Assembly: GCF_000497125.1 (NCBI RefSeq)
Contig: NC_090596.1
Coordinates: 868,001-932,000, forward strand
DNA length: 64,000 bases
Source of the DNA: Spironucleus salmonicida
Taxonomy: Eukaryota
Direction: 5' to 3'
Under the pieces are notes generated by a model. It made no database searches. It saw only the letters and a program-made list of their open reading frames with translations, and was not told where the DNA came from. Both the position numbers and the translations under genes were made by a program. Positions within the stretch are counted from its first letter, which is position 1, and each line of letters begins with the position of its first letter. Below are positions 25,669-38,091 of this stretch, piece after piece.

Positions 25669-27270
25669 ATGCTTCTTCTTCTAGCGTTTAACTGCAATGC
25701 AAAGTTCAAGGCATTCAAGCGCCAGTATTCGAAGAGCTACGAAACTAAAGAGCTAGAAGACCAGGCGCAGAAATATTTCTGCGCGAATCTGCAAGTAATC
25801 AAGGCGCACCCCTCCCGGAAGCTCTACATTTCCCAGTTTTCGGACCGCCTGCACGCACCGGCGACAGGCTATATGGCTCCAAACCTCCCGGAAGAGCTGG
25901 TCAGCTACACCGCGGCTGCTGTGGATCCGGCAGATGCGAAACTTGAAACGTACAACAGAAAATCTCTAGAAATCGTCAAAGCGATTTGCTCGGATTCTAC
26001 GGCTTCCAGCATCAAGTATGTGGCGTTAGATGACGATTTTATCAAGAATAACGTGTTTTCTGGAGCTGACTTGCCGCAGTCTGTAGACCTGCGGAAGGAC
26101 GGGCTCACCATGAGGTCTATCGACCAGGGGACTTGCGGGTCCTGCTGGGCTTAGGCCACGAGGTTCGTGATGCACTCTCTGTTCATGCACGATATTACCT
26201 ACTATAGGGAAATACACGCAGGGACTTCGCTCGAAAACCAGACGAACATCGATTTGGTATTTTCTGTCGAGTACATCATGAACAACTCGTACGGGCAGAA
26301 TCTGTTCTGTGCAGGCGGTAACTATTAGTATGCAGCGCAGGACATCGCCGACTACAAGGTTTCGTCCCTGAACTACGAGGAGGATGCCCCTTACGTTTCG
26401 ATTTTCGACTCTGACTCGGCACCACCTATCATCAAACCTGACACTGCAAAGCAGAATCCATCTGCGTTCAACGAAAAGCATTGGCTGAATCCGGTATTCT
26501 GGCTGAACGACGATACGGGTTTCAACTGCGCCCAGTCGCTGATTTAGATAAAGTTGCGGAAGTAGGGCGTTGATACTACTGATGCTACTCAAATCAGGTA
26601 CCTTAAGTCCTTCCTGGCGAGGGGTATAGCCGTCTCGGGGCGCCAGCTGGTCCCGTTCGAGGGGGCCGAGGCGCTCAGCTACTCCCAGTACAGGGGCGGC
26701 ATCCTCACGAATACTACTAACCCCTGCCCCAAGTCATCCTACCAGCAGTCCAACCACCAGGTCACCTTCATCGGCTACGGAACCGTGAAGGGCACCGAGG
26801 TGTGGGTGCTGATGAACTCGTGGGGGACCCAGTGGGGCGTCGGTGGCTCCTTCTACGTGGAGATCGGGTCCAACGCGCTCTGCAACGAGTACGACGCAGT
26901 TGCCGTTTTGCCCAGGTTCTCGAAGTACAATACCACTAAGGAGCCACTTGGCATGCCCTACAACCAGTCGGAACTCTACAAGCAGGGGCACAACAAGTAC
27001 GTCTACGACCTCTTCCCCGAGGTGCGCTGGGGCATGAACGGCCTGGACAGCGTGGATACAGCAGGCAAACCGGTATTCCTTAGTGGAAACATATCTCATT
27101 CTGTCTGGATCCTAGCTGGAGTTGCGTCTATCTTCTTCATGGTCATCATGAGCTTCATCTGCAAGTGCCTCTGCTGCCCGCCGCCGAAGAAGATCAAGGT
27201 AGCACTATATGAGGACCTGCCTGGCGCGCAGGTGCAGGAGATCAACTGGAGCAAAGGTATATCTGGATGA
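25669..27270 (+). CDS. papain-family (C1A) cathepsin with C-terminal transmembrane anchor (533 aa)
   Basis: Signal peptide, propeptide, LPQSVDLR, DQGTCGSCWA, NHQV, MNSWG..WG, TM followed by CKCLCC. Confidence 0.95.
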
Positions 27271-27396
27271 TTAGATTTATATTATTTTTATGCTTTTCTT
27301 AAAGATTCTATCAATAATATTTGATTTTTAAAGAATAAAAATTATAAATAATAATATACATAAATTTATATACTTATGTTTTGCAATATTTTATAA

Positions 27397-28656
27397 ATGT
27401 GCGATGTTGAAGATTGTGGAACAATGTTTGTACCAGGCCCTGGTGCATATTCACCAAACATCAAGTCTACAACTTTTAATTCAGGATCTCCTGAGTTCAC
27501 TATGAAGGGTAGATATAACACATAATAAATAGCTGGGTCGCCTGGACCTGGAGCTTATAACATACCTGGTAGCATTGGTAAAAGAGGTGCATCTCTAGCG
27601 GGTAGAACTTAAATGTCGAAAATAAGTGATGTACCAGGGCCAGGTACATATTCCCCATAAAGAAAATCTCATGGTGCAATTCCTTCGTTTGCAGGAAGAA
27701 CATAAATTGATTTCAATAAGAATGATACTCCTGCACCATGTACATATAATGTGACGGAGTACACGTAATTAGGTCGCCATGCTCCAAAAATTTCAATGGC
27801 AGGTAGAACAACAACACATGTCCCCGAATCTGGTCCAGGGTTTGCATATGATCCAAAATTATAAAAAAGTAATATTGGTACAACACTTGCCGGTAGAACT
27901 ACTACTGGTGGAAATAAAAACGATGTTCCGGGACCTGGAACTTATTCCATAAATACTCGATCATCTTCACCATCACATTCATTAGCATCAAGAACTGTTG
28001 ATATGAGTTAGAGACCTACTCATGATGTAGGTCCTGGTGCATATGAATCACCAGAGAGAGCTTTTAAATATACTTAGAAAGGTTATGGCGGTTCTTCATT
28101 AGCTGGACGAACTACCGATGCATTTTCTAAGGGAAATGCTAATCCTGGACCAGGTACTTATGGTATACCATCATAATTTAATAGAAATGGTGCTGGGTCG
28201 TCGCTAGCTGGGAGAACAGCCACAATGCAAGTAAATAATAACCCAGGGCCTAATACATATTCTATTTCACCAAAGAAACCTACAACTGCGCCGTCACTAG
28301 CAGGTAGGACATTTAAACCTGGAGTATAAGATTGGGAAATAAGAAAGAAAATGGATGCACCTAGTCCTGACACTTATAACTTGAATGGGTCAAACCGTGG
28401 TAAATAAATATCAATGTCAGGTAGAACATAGTTGAACACCAGGAATGATAATCCTGGACCTGGTACTTATAGTTTAAAAGGTGATTTTGATAGAGCTGGA
28501 GTGGGAAGTTCATTAGCTGGTAGAACAAATGCCCTTTAAGGAGATAAAAACCCTGGTGTGGGACCTGGTAGTTATATGCTTAAAAGCACGCTCAAAAGCG
28601 GCGGGATTAGCATTAGTGGTAGGCCAAAGAAACGGGGAGGAATTATTTTTGATTGA
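27397..28656 (+). CDS. SHIPPO/STPG repeat protein 4 (419 aa)
   Basis: MCDVEDCGTMFVPGPGAYSP; PGPGTY and SLAGRT units; same length as protein 3. Confidence 0.9.
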
Positions 28657-28698
28657 CCATATATAATATTATTGACATATATTTTACCAAATTTAATA

Positions 28699-29445
28699 AT
28701 GGACGCTGAAGCAATTTTAGCCTCCACGTATACTCTCCTGTCTTAAAATGGATTATAATTGACTAGAGAGCAAACTATACTGATACATAACGCATTATCT
28801 TAGTAGAAATTTGATCTGTTCTCCAAAATGTTTGACTTGGACTTGACAAAGCAATTTTACGCCCTCAAACTAACTAACGACAATGTATTGTTCCATTAAA
28901 CGTAACCACTGTACACAACTGATAATTACCCAGTTTCTGACTCCTGCACCAACGCTATTTTTGTCCAGAAAACATCAATTTAGGACGTCGTGCAGGATTT
29001 GATACACGCAGGCCAGATTCAGTCGCTAGTCCAATCCAATGACGGCGTCTGCTGCCATTTCTTCGAGCCCTTGAGCGCTAAAATTTTCACGCTCGCATTT
29101 TCCGAAATCTACACGATTCAGTTCGTCAATCTCAACCAGAAGCCGATGGCCCCGCAGGAGCACCAAATCACGCGTTCCAACGTGTTTTTAGAAATTTAAA
29201 TCAACAGAACGTCACAGGTCCCATTTTTGGACAGCATCCGCGGGATGCTGGAAATCTCGCAGCTGCTGAACGTCTACTCGGACGCGCGGGACCACGGGGT
29301 CGTCAACTTCGCGCAGCTCGCCGACTCGATATCGTTCCTGAAGAGCGAAACCGTCACCTAGAAGCGCGTCACGTGCACGCGGATGAAAACGCAGGAATTC
29401 GTGAACAAATTTCCCACCATCAAGAAAATCTGGTCGTTTTAGTGA
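28699..29445 (+). CDS. hypothetical protein (248 aa)
   Basis: Open frame, ends TAG TGA. Confidence 0.7.
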
Positions 29446-29521
29446 CAGAAAAATCGCATTTTTTTCAATATATATATTATTATACATTAAATAGTATTTT
29501 TCTTTCCACGCTCCGCTCCAA

Positions 29522-31507
29522 ATGACCCATTTGACGCTCGACGTGAACACGCCGCAAACGACGTCTGCGAATCTCTAGAAGCTTCTAGCGCTTTACCAGC
29601 AAAATCAATCGGCTGCGAACCGGGCGATTTTCGTCTCCGCGTTCGCACTTTCGGCCGCAAATTCGCAGTTTCTTGCGAATTCGCTCCTGAAAATTATGAG
29701 AAAGGGATTGAAAATTGATTTTTCGCTCCACGAAGACGTTTTCCGCTCCCTTCCAAATTTTCTTTCCAAATTTCTCAGCAAAGAAAATCAGGTCCTTTTG
29801 GTGGATTTGCAGCTCGCGTGCCTCTACTTGCGGCCGCCAACGGGCGATTTCCTGCTCGAAAAGTCGCTTCCTGAGAACTCGTCGCAGATTTTCCCGAGCG
29901 GCGCGTTTTACGACTTTTTGGACACTTTTCTGACCTCGAAATTCATCTCAAAAACCGGTTTAAATTATATTATTTTTAGAATAAAATAATATAAAGATCT
30001 TTTCTTTTTTTCGCTTTTCTACTGTAAAAACTTGAACGTCATTTCTCAAAAGCAGCTGATTTTCGTGCAAAATGTGCTGGACAGCGGCATGCAAAAAGCG
30101 AAATTCTTCGATTTTTCGGCCGAAAAACTCGCAGTTCCGGTCGGATTTTCGGCCGAAATCGACGATTTTTACGAAATTGAGGAGCGGAAAATTGTGCAAA
30201 AAGGAGTGGAAAATGAAAATCAAAATGGAATTTTGCTAGATCTAGAACCTGCCTAAAAGCAAACGCAGGACGATAAATTGGCCCAATTGACGCAAAAACG
30301 ACTTCTGAAAAACAAAAAATACAAAGAAGCGGAATTTGAAAGTTTTTTGGTTTTGAAATACGATTTTCCACTCCTTTAAATAAAAAAATCGATATTTAAT
30401 AATATTATATAATAATATGAATAATTAGAAAAAACTTATTTCAAGGAATTAAATTCGATAATTTCCGAGCAAAACGGATTCGCAGGCGTCGAAATCCTTG
30501 ACACAATTACCAAAATCTACGAAAACTTGCCATCCTCGCGCATGGTCATGCTAACGCTCATGCTGGTTCTGATCAGGTCCAGCAACGCCCAAATTCACGA
30601 TTTTTACGGCAAAGTTTATGACGAAATTACCGTAGAAAATTTTTCTGTAGAAAACAAAACTCATATTTATTATATATTAAAATAGATATTTCAAAAATCG
30701 ACAAACTTGATGACGAAACTCGCAATTTTGCTAAAATTGAATTCTGTCATTTTGCACATCCCTTCGGACGCGCAATTCTACGCGCTGCTGCTCTCATTCA
30801 GCGCGTTTCTGAGGGAGCCGAAACTGCGATTTTTGATCTCCAGAGAGCAAGAAAACATAGAATTTTCGGCCTCGAAAATCGTGCGAAATCGCTCATTTGA
30901 GGCCGTTTTAGAGCATCTGAACGCCCTTTTCGCGGCGGACAACTTGGAGTCAATTCAACTTTTGGAGTGGAATTTGCTGTAGAATTCCACTTCAAATCAT
31001 ATATTCACTTATATATAATAAGTAATATAAGGAAATAGCATCGAAAACGACCTCGATTTGGACGAATTTGCGACGCTGAACCTCCAGAAAGTCATTTCTG
31101 AGCAGCAGGGACAGCGCCAAGAGCTCGGCAGAGAGCAGCTCTTCGCTGGCGACAACATCGCGCGGATCGAGCGCAGGCTCTTTGGGAGTGCAGGAAATGC
31201 AAGTGATACAAAGGCCGAATTTCGCTCCGAAATCGATTTCCCAGAATTCGTCGCACAGGCCGCCAGAGCGCAAAGTGGGGGCTCCCTGATGCTCCAGAGC
31301 GTTAAATTCCACGCGAAAATGCGTGTTTTCGTCGAAATTTGCAGCGAAATTAACGGTTTCTGGGAGTGGAAAAGCGGCGAAGTGCAGCGGTTCGTCTGCG
31401 AGAAGGGTAGAGGGGAAGAGAATGTGATGGGGGAGGAGGGAGAGAATGTAGGGGAAATGGAAGAAAAATGGGAAGGGGAAGAAATGGGGGAGCAGGGAGC
31501 GGAGTGA
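29522..31507 (+). CDS. hypothetical protein (661 aa)
   Basis: Joins four in-frame track ORFs via TAR=Gln; C-rich motif before ATG; ends GAG TGA. Confidence 0.72.
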
Positions 31508-31868
31508 AGATTTCTGGTGAAATTTGGGGGCTGGGAAAGTGACAGTTAACTGTTAATTAATGTCAAGGTGATACTTATTTATTGTTAATTTCAGTGCCGA
31601 TTTAACTCTATTTTATTACTAATTTAATAGTAATTTTAATGCTAATTTAACTCTATTTTAAGTCTATTATAATATCTTTTATTACTATTTAAACCTAAAC
31701 TACCATCCTGAGAGAAATTGACTTAGAAACCTTCTTTTTAGCCCCAACTCCACTTAAATCCTAATTTCATCGTTATCGCCACAATTAAAGTGGAAATCCG
31801 AATTCAATTCGCAATTCAAAAAAATCAAAATTTCCGCACAAACTCCCCCGAAACGCAACAAAATCCAC

Positions 31869-32537
31869 TCACTTGTAGTACAGAATTCCAGAATTTTCTA
31901 GCACCTGCACCGGCTTCTTCTGCAGCGTTTTCACGCCCTTCCGGGCGTCGATTCGGCCCTATTCCGAGATGATGAGGTCGATCTCCTTGCCGCCGAGGCT
32001 GGGCTGGATCTTTGGATAGCACGCCTTGAAGACGCCAGGAATCGCCTTCGTGCTTGCCAGGTAGTGAATTTTGCCCATTTCCTGTCGCAGTTTCGCGACC
32101 TTTTCGAACTCGTTCTGGTTCTCGATATCCTCGCAAATCTTGTAGTGCTGCTTGCAGTAGTCCACTTAGTACGCAGCCTGCAGCGTGTAGGAGGCGATGT
32201 TTTGCTTGCGCTGCTTTATGTTCAGAATGTGCTTTCTGACCACTTTCCCACGCCACAATTTCTAGATCCTGATCGCGTTCTGGTTATAAAATGTTAGTCT
32301 TTTCTGGTACTGCACGGCATTATAGATTAATTAGGTGTGTTTGACCGTCTTGAATTTACGAAATGTTGACTGGATGGAAAGCGCAGCAGAGGCTACTAGT
32401 CGATAGTTTTTGCGCGTTAGCGATGCGCGATATGTTGCTTGAATCATGGATGCTGCAGCTAGTTATACCTAGCATTACTCATTGTGTGTCTGATTGAATG
32501 AAATGTAGGCTTACTAAAATTGATCTTTTAGGCTCAT
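31869..32537 (-). CDS. IQ-motif protein, SPATA17-like (222 aa)
   Basis: Three IQ motifs (IQATYRA, IQSTFRK, IQKLWRG) and HYLASTKAIPGVF. Confidence 0.8.
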
Positions 32538-32618
32538 TAATGCGGAAAGACTAAGGTAGAAAATATAGTATAATAATGATGTTACTTAAATAATGTAAAA
32601 AAGTGAAGTGCCTAAATA

Positions 32619-33044
32619 TCACTTACACATCCACTTTATTACAAAATTATACATTTCCGTATCTTGTTCTTATATAAGCTAAAGGATTTCTGCGGTTTAA
32701 AATACTGAAAGCTCGTCCAATTTGCTGATTACTACAGGTTATTCACTATCAGCTGGTAATGGCGAAAAGGTTTACACTATTTAAGTGAGTTACGAAGATT
32801 TTCGCTCCGACAGGATAGAAAGTAATTAAATAAGAATATCTTAAGCTAATTACTTTTTCTTTTTATACTTAATGCCAAAAAATGCCATAATTGATAGGGG
32901 CCTAGTATACGAAGAAGATGACATTTCCTATCTATATACTTTATTTGACAGGTAACTTGACTAGTTGTTAAACTCAGTTTTTGATGTTCCCGTCTAAACG
33001 ATCTGGAGATAGTGAAGCAAAATGTCCCTGTCATCCCTGGGCAT
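32619..33044 (-). CDS. hypothetical protein (141 aa)
   Basis: Open frame, ends AAG TGA. Confidence 0.55.
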
Positions 33045-33086
33045 TTGAAATAACAAAATATATAATACAAAGTATGAGATTTAAGT

Positions 33087-34646
33087 TCACTCCTTGTTAC
33101 CATATTTCCAAAAATAACCAGGACAAGGCCTTTGAATGCTAGTCGGACTGACCTTCAGTCCAACACTCTGAAGCTTACAGTGTGCGTTGACCACTAGCTG
33201 CTCGAAATCCTCAGAATTTCTATCTGAAGGATTTGCCCACAGAATCTCAGCTACGGCCGCGGCTTTACTGAAAATCAAACTTACAATTTCCTCATTGGCG
33301 CCATTCTCCGCAACAACTCCACCTCCAATGATCTAGTCGTGATACTGTTCTGGAATGTCCTTAAGAAGGTCAACTTGGTAGAAGCTGAGATAGCCCTCGT
33401 CAAAGTACTTATGATCGGGAGTATGACTGGCTTCAAAGTTAAAGGATTAGATGACTTTGACTCCTGTTTGGAGAATTTCTTCGCTGATATTTGAATTTTA
33501 GAAGTGAATAATAGTTTATTTGTCTTTTTCAACGTACGGGGCTTGAGCCTCGTTATAAACTGTATATACTAAATTTTTATCTTCATATAAGGAGTTTACA
33601 ATATCTTTTACTTTAATGTTAAACTCTACTAAAAGCTATTCGTTTGTAAGATTATGCTTTAATTTGTAAGAAGAAATAACAGAATCTTCATCCCAGCAGA
33701 CCATTGATAGTCCAGAACCACCAAAATGTATTATTGGGCGGATAACTGAGTTGTTTTCTAACTTATTAAAGATAAGATCTTTAAGCATCGCTTTAATATA
33801 CTTATAAATATTGGGATTGGCTGGATTTAATATTTAAGGTAAAGATTAATCGCACTATGCTAATAAGTAACGGTCAGCCTTTTACCATGATTTAATATTA
33901 ATTGGCATATCAATTTCTAAATAAACAATAACTCCACGTTCTAATGCATAGCTTTAAATTTCTTATAGCTAATCAATAGTTAATGCATGATTTTCAGAGA
34001 AACAAGCTTTATTTAAATTAGATTATGGAGATTCTGAAAAAAATATTGATTAAGAAATATCATCGCTAGACTTTATATGAAGAATATTAAATTTAGTAAT
34101 AGCCATACCATCAATTATTTATAAAATTGTAGATTAATTAAGATAGTTCTGAGAAATATCAATCGCGATTTCTCTCCATTTAAACGAAGGAGAATCTGAA
34201 ATATTGCATTTTGAGATTATATACGCGGCAGTATCATGTTCAAAGCTAGCCAAGGGAACAATCATTTAGCTTAAAGACTAAAATGCTCTAGATAATGCCA
34301 TACCCGTTGATGCATTAATAACAACGCCGTAATAATCAATAACAATTGAATAGGATTCATTAAGACTTAATATATCATAATTCTCATCTTTAGAATCAAC
34401 AGTGATTTATAGCTGCCATTATGTAGGTAAATTATACTTAACATATGACTCTAAAGGGGATTTACGTGGGAAAAATGCTTTTTAGAAAAATATATAGTTT
34501 TTTTCAAAATGTTTATGACATGGTGACCCGTCTTAGAAAGTACAATTAAAGCTTACATTTGATGCCCCCCAGATATTTGTTAGCAGCTCATAATGTTTAG
34601 GGGTAGGGAAAACCTTCTGATCCGTAGCAAGTAAAAGCAAAATCAT
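33087..34646 (-). CDS. GH20 beta-hexosaminidase-fold protein, catalytic residues replaced (519 aa)
   Basis: ESYSI, ISDSPSFKWR, IIDGMA..KFNILH, YALERGV...EIDMP, LNPANP, HFGGSG, AAAVAEILW. Confidence 0.88.
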
Positions 34647-34769
34647 TCTATAAAATGGAATGATGAATTAATACTGAATATAACATATAATAATACTAAA
34701 TATATTTACGAGAGTCCAATATTTAAGAATTTATTTATATGAGAAATATTATATGTGTCAAAATAATGT

Positions 34770-35246
34770 TCATTTCCATAATATTTCTTTAAGACTTTAC
34801 ACGTATTCTCCCCACTCAACGACTTTCCCTGTAGGGCCGTCTTTAGCTGCGAAGCTCGAAAAAGCTTCAGCCTCTTCTTATGAGAGTTTTTCTCCAATTG
34901 TTGTGAGATAAGTCAAAAGCTGTTCTACCTCTATCATACCAGTTCCTGGAGCATCAAGAGCCTAAAACGCCTCACGGAGTTCGTCTTAAGTCGGGCCAGT
35001 AACGACATTTTCGCTTATTAAATTTGCAGCAAAATCCTAAAATATCGATTTTTGTATCCAAAGCGATGGCTCGTCTCTTTGCATTTAAAGGATAAATTTA
35101 TGAATTTCTGCCTCTGTGGGATATACGCCTAGAGACCGCAGAACTGTACCAGCTTCACGAACATCGAGTCTTCCAGAATGGTCTGGATCAAATGTATCAA
35201 ATGCGTCTGAAATAGATTATATTAGGCGTGGATCAAATTCTGACAT
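34770..35246 (-). CDS. calmodulin-like EF-hand protein, EFCAB2/DRC8-like
   Basis: AFDTFD....LDVREAGTVLRSLGVYPTEAE; LREAFQALD; TTIGEKLS. Confidence 0.8.
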
Positions 35247-35373
35247 TTGCGGATAGCTCAAATAATGATATATTGTATAATAATAAAATATTGAGTTTCA
35301 AATTATACCTTTAATATTATTATTATTATATAACAATAATATATTTTTCTCCACTTCACTAAACTCCGCAAAA

Positions 35374-35898
35374 ATGGATATTACACATTTGCATGAAATT
35401 TATGACTCTTTTGATTATCGTTAACGTGGTGTAATTGAGATGTGGAAGTTGAGAGAATTATTAGCAGCAGCAGAACTCAACCCAACAGATGAATAGTTGT
35501 TCAACTTAATTTCTGATGCTGATATAAATGGTGATGGCTTACTTTCGTTCCCTGAATTCTAACATTTTGTATAGGAACTCTCAAATGCTGGTAAAACAAA
35601 AGATGCTGATATGGATCTTTTAAATTCTTGGATATTATTGGGTGGTAGCTCTGATAAAAATGGAGCAATAAAGGTTTAGAATATTAAAGTATGGATTTAA
35701 AAATTCGGATTCATTGTAGATATAGAGAAGAATCTTAAGGCTTAAATAGAGAAGAAACTTCAAGCAACTATTATTGGTGCAGGCAAAAAAGTAATTGTTC
35801 CAGAAGATATTGATTTTGAAGATTTCAGAGTTTTGATGGGAGAAGCAATATATTAACTGCCAAGGTGGGTAATGCATGAAAATGAAGATAAAATCTGA
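35374..35898 (+). CDS. EF-hand protein, outer-arm dynein light chain 4-like
   Basis: NPTDEQLF..I.DADINGDG.LSFPEF; LGGSSDKNG.I......I.KFG...DIE. Confidence 0.78.
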
Positions 35899-36688
35899 GT
35901 AAAATTATCCCTCTTTATTATGGTATTAATTAAAAAATTGTTGATAATTTAGTAACTATATTTTTATAATAATTTAAGAGTATATCCATAAAGAGTTTGG
36001 GATATAAGCTGATTATTAAGACAAATTTACTTTTTTAAACATCTCTATTAAATATTTTTATATCATTAAATTATTATCGTTATTTCAATTTATTATAAAT
36101 CTGTACAGTCATCTATTTTAATAGATTATCATTATAAAATTAATAATCATAACTTATAATTTAGATTACTCCTAGTTAAAATTTTATAAAATTTTAACTA
36201 TTGCTATACAACCCCCAAGTAACAGTTAACATGAAAAAGATAACAAATTTAAACCTCCTAGTTATATTTACTACTATAAATGATTGTGATATTTATAATC
36301 CATATATTACATATTACTATTATGCATAGTATAATTGTATTAAAACAAAATATAAAATGTAGTATTTAAATCTACCAATAAAAAGATTTTCTTATTCTTT
36401 TTTATAATTCATCTTGTTAATTAAGTATATTAAATGTTATTCATTTTTATTACAAAAGTATTAGTACAACGACTAAGCCCCTCATATACTTTATATAAAA
36501 TATAAATTAACATAAACATAAACAATCAAAACTATTATTATATAACCTTATACGTCATAATATATTAGTGTTCATTAACTTATTTAATATTTTTAAAATA
36601 TGTAATATTTCAAAATATTATTTAAATAGTTAGTATCAGATATAATATATCTATATATAATACTTCGATATTATTTCATTCCGCTTAA

Positions 36689-36967
36689 ATGAACTAACCA
36701 TTTTTAAATCTACTAAAAAACTCCTCATTTGATAACATAGAAGATGATCTAAATATATTATAAACTCCACTATAGAATTATCACAATATAACTTCAAATG
36801 ATACTGAAGATGAGTTTATTTTCTCAAGATTGCGACCAAAAGATCTACAAATTGAATCTCCCCCATAAAAGCATTAAAAACTTTTAACAATTGAAGATCT
36901 AGTGTTTTAACGGTTTTAAACTTTAATGAGTTAAGATCTTAATAATTTAGCTAGTCGGTATTAGTGA
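36689..36967 (+). CDS. hypothetical protein (92 aa)
   Basis: Open frame, ends TAG TGA. Confidence 0.5.
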
Positions 36968-36977
36968 TTTTAGCGCT

Positions 36978-37994
36978 TCACTTAATAAGAACGCCTAGCT
37001 TTTATACTTACTTTCTGTATTTATTTAAATCTTTAACACATTGTTACTTATTCTTCATTTTTCTATAAAGATCAACAACATCGGTTTCTCCAATAACTTC
37101 TGGTGCGTGCTTTGCTTCGTCAAAAATTAAATTAAGATCGTTCTTTAATAAATTTTATTCATTTTTTAATGATATAAGAACCTTCTATGCTCTATCAGAT
37201 TCTTTATTTAATGGCTTTTTAGCTATTGTTTAAGTTCTAATTTTTGTTTACTTTCCCAATGCTGGTGAATTTTCTTAAATAAGTTGAATTAGTTCTTGTG
37301 TAGCTTTTTCATTTTTCTTAAGTTTACTTTCGCTTTTCTTAAGATCAATCGATAATTGTTTGACCTATGTCAAAGCTATATCTAATTTCATTTATAAATC
37401 ATTTGCAGAAGATGATTTTTCTCTGAATAAAGATAACTACTCGCTATGCTCCTTTTCCGCTTTTAAATTTTAAGCCTATAATCTAAGTATTTCATTTTAC
37501 ATTGCTTGGTTCTCTTATTTTTAATTATTTAACTAATCTAGATATTAATTTGATTTTTCTTATTCAAATGTTAAAAGTTATGTTATTTAGCTTATCTAAA
37601 GTTAATATGCAGAATTAGATTAGTTTTTATTATTAAACATGGCTGTTTACGCCTTTTGCTCTTAACTATTAGAATGTTATTATGAGGTTTGTTAATCCTG
37701 ACTAAAATTATTATTAAAGTTATCTTATTAATATTAATTATTAACTTATTTCCATTAAGTATTAGTCTTATGCTAGTTCTACTATTATTATAAAATATTA
37801 TTATAACTAATAAAATTTTAACCTTAAAAATCAGGATCAGGAGTAGTTTCAGTACGAATTGATCTTTATCTTTAATTAAGGGATGGTGTTGTTTATGCAT
37901 TAACAGAAATTTATGGATTATGATAAGGACGAACAGACTAAGCATCTAAATTTGTATTAAAATTACAATTTTATAGTAGTGTTGCCAAAGCCAT
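36978..37994 (-). CDS. Gln-rich coiled-coil protein (338 aa)
   Basis: Frame rich in TAA/TAG, length consistent with AAG TGA end. Confidence 0.65.
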
Positions 37995-38091
37995 TTTTGA
38001 AAATTTGAAAATGTACTATATTTATACGATATATTATTGGTATTATTGAAAAATTTCACAAAATTTCATCATAGATCAAATTATAAAATCC

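Noticed and set aside
28699-28860. Radial spoke protein RSP9 similarity at the N-terminus
   Set aside because: The FWG.I.G...Y motif is absent and the remainder does not match
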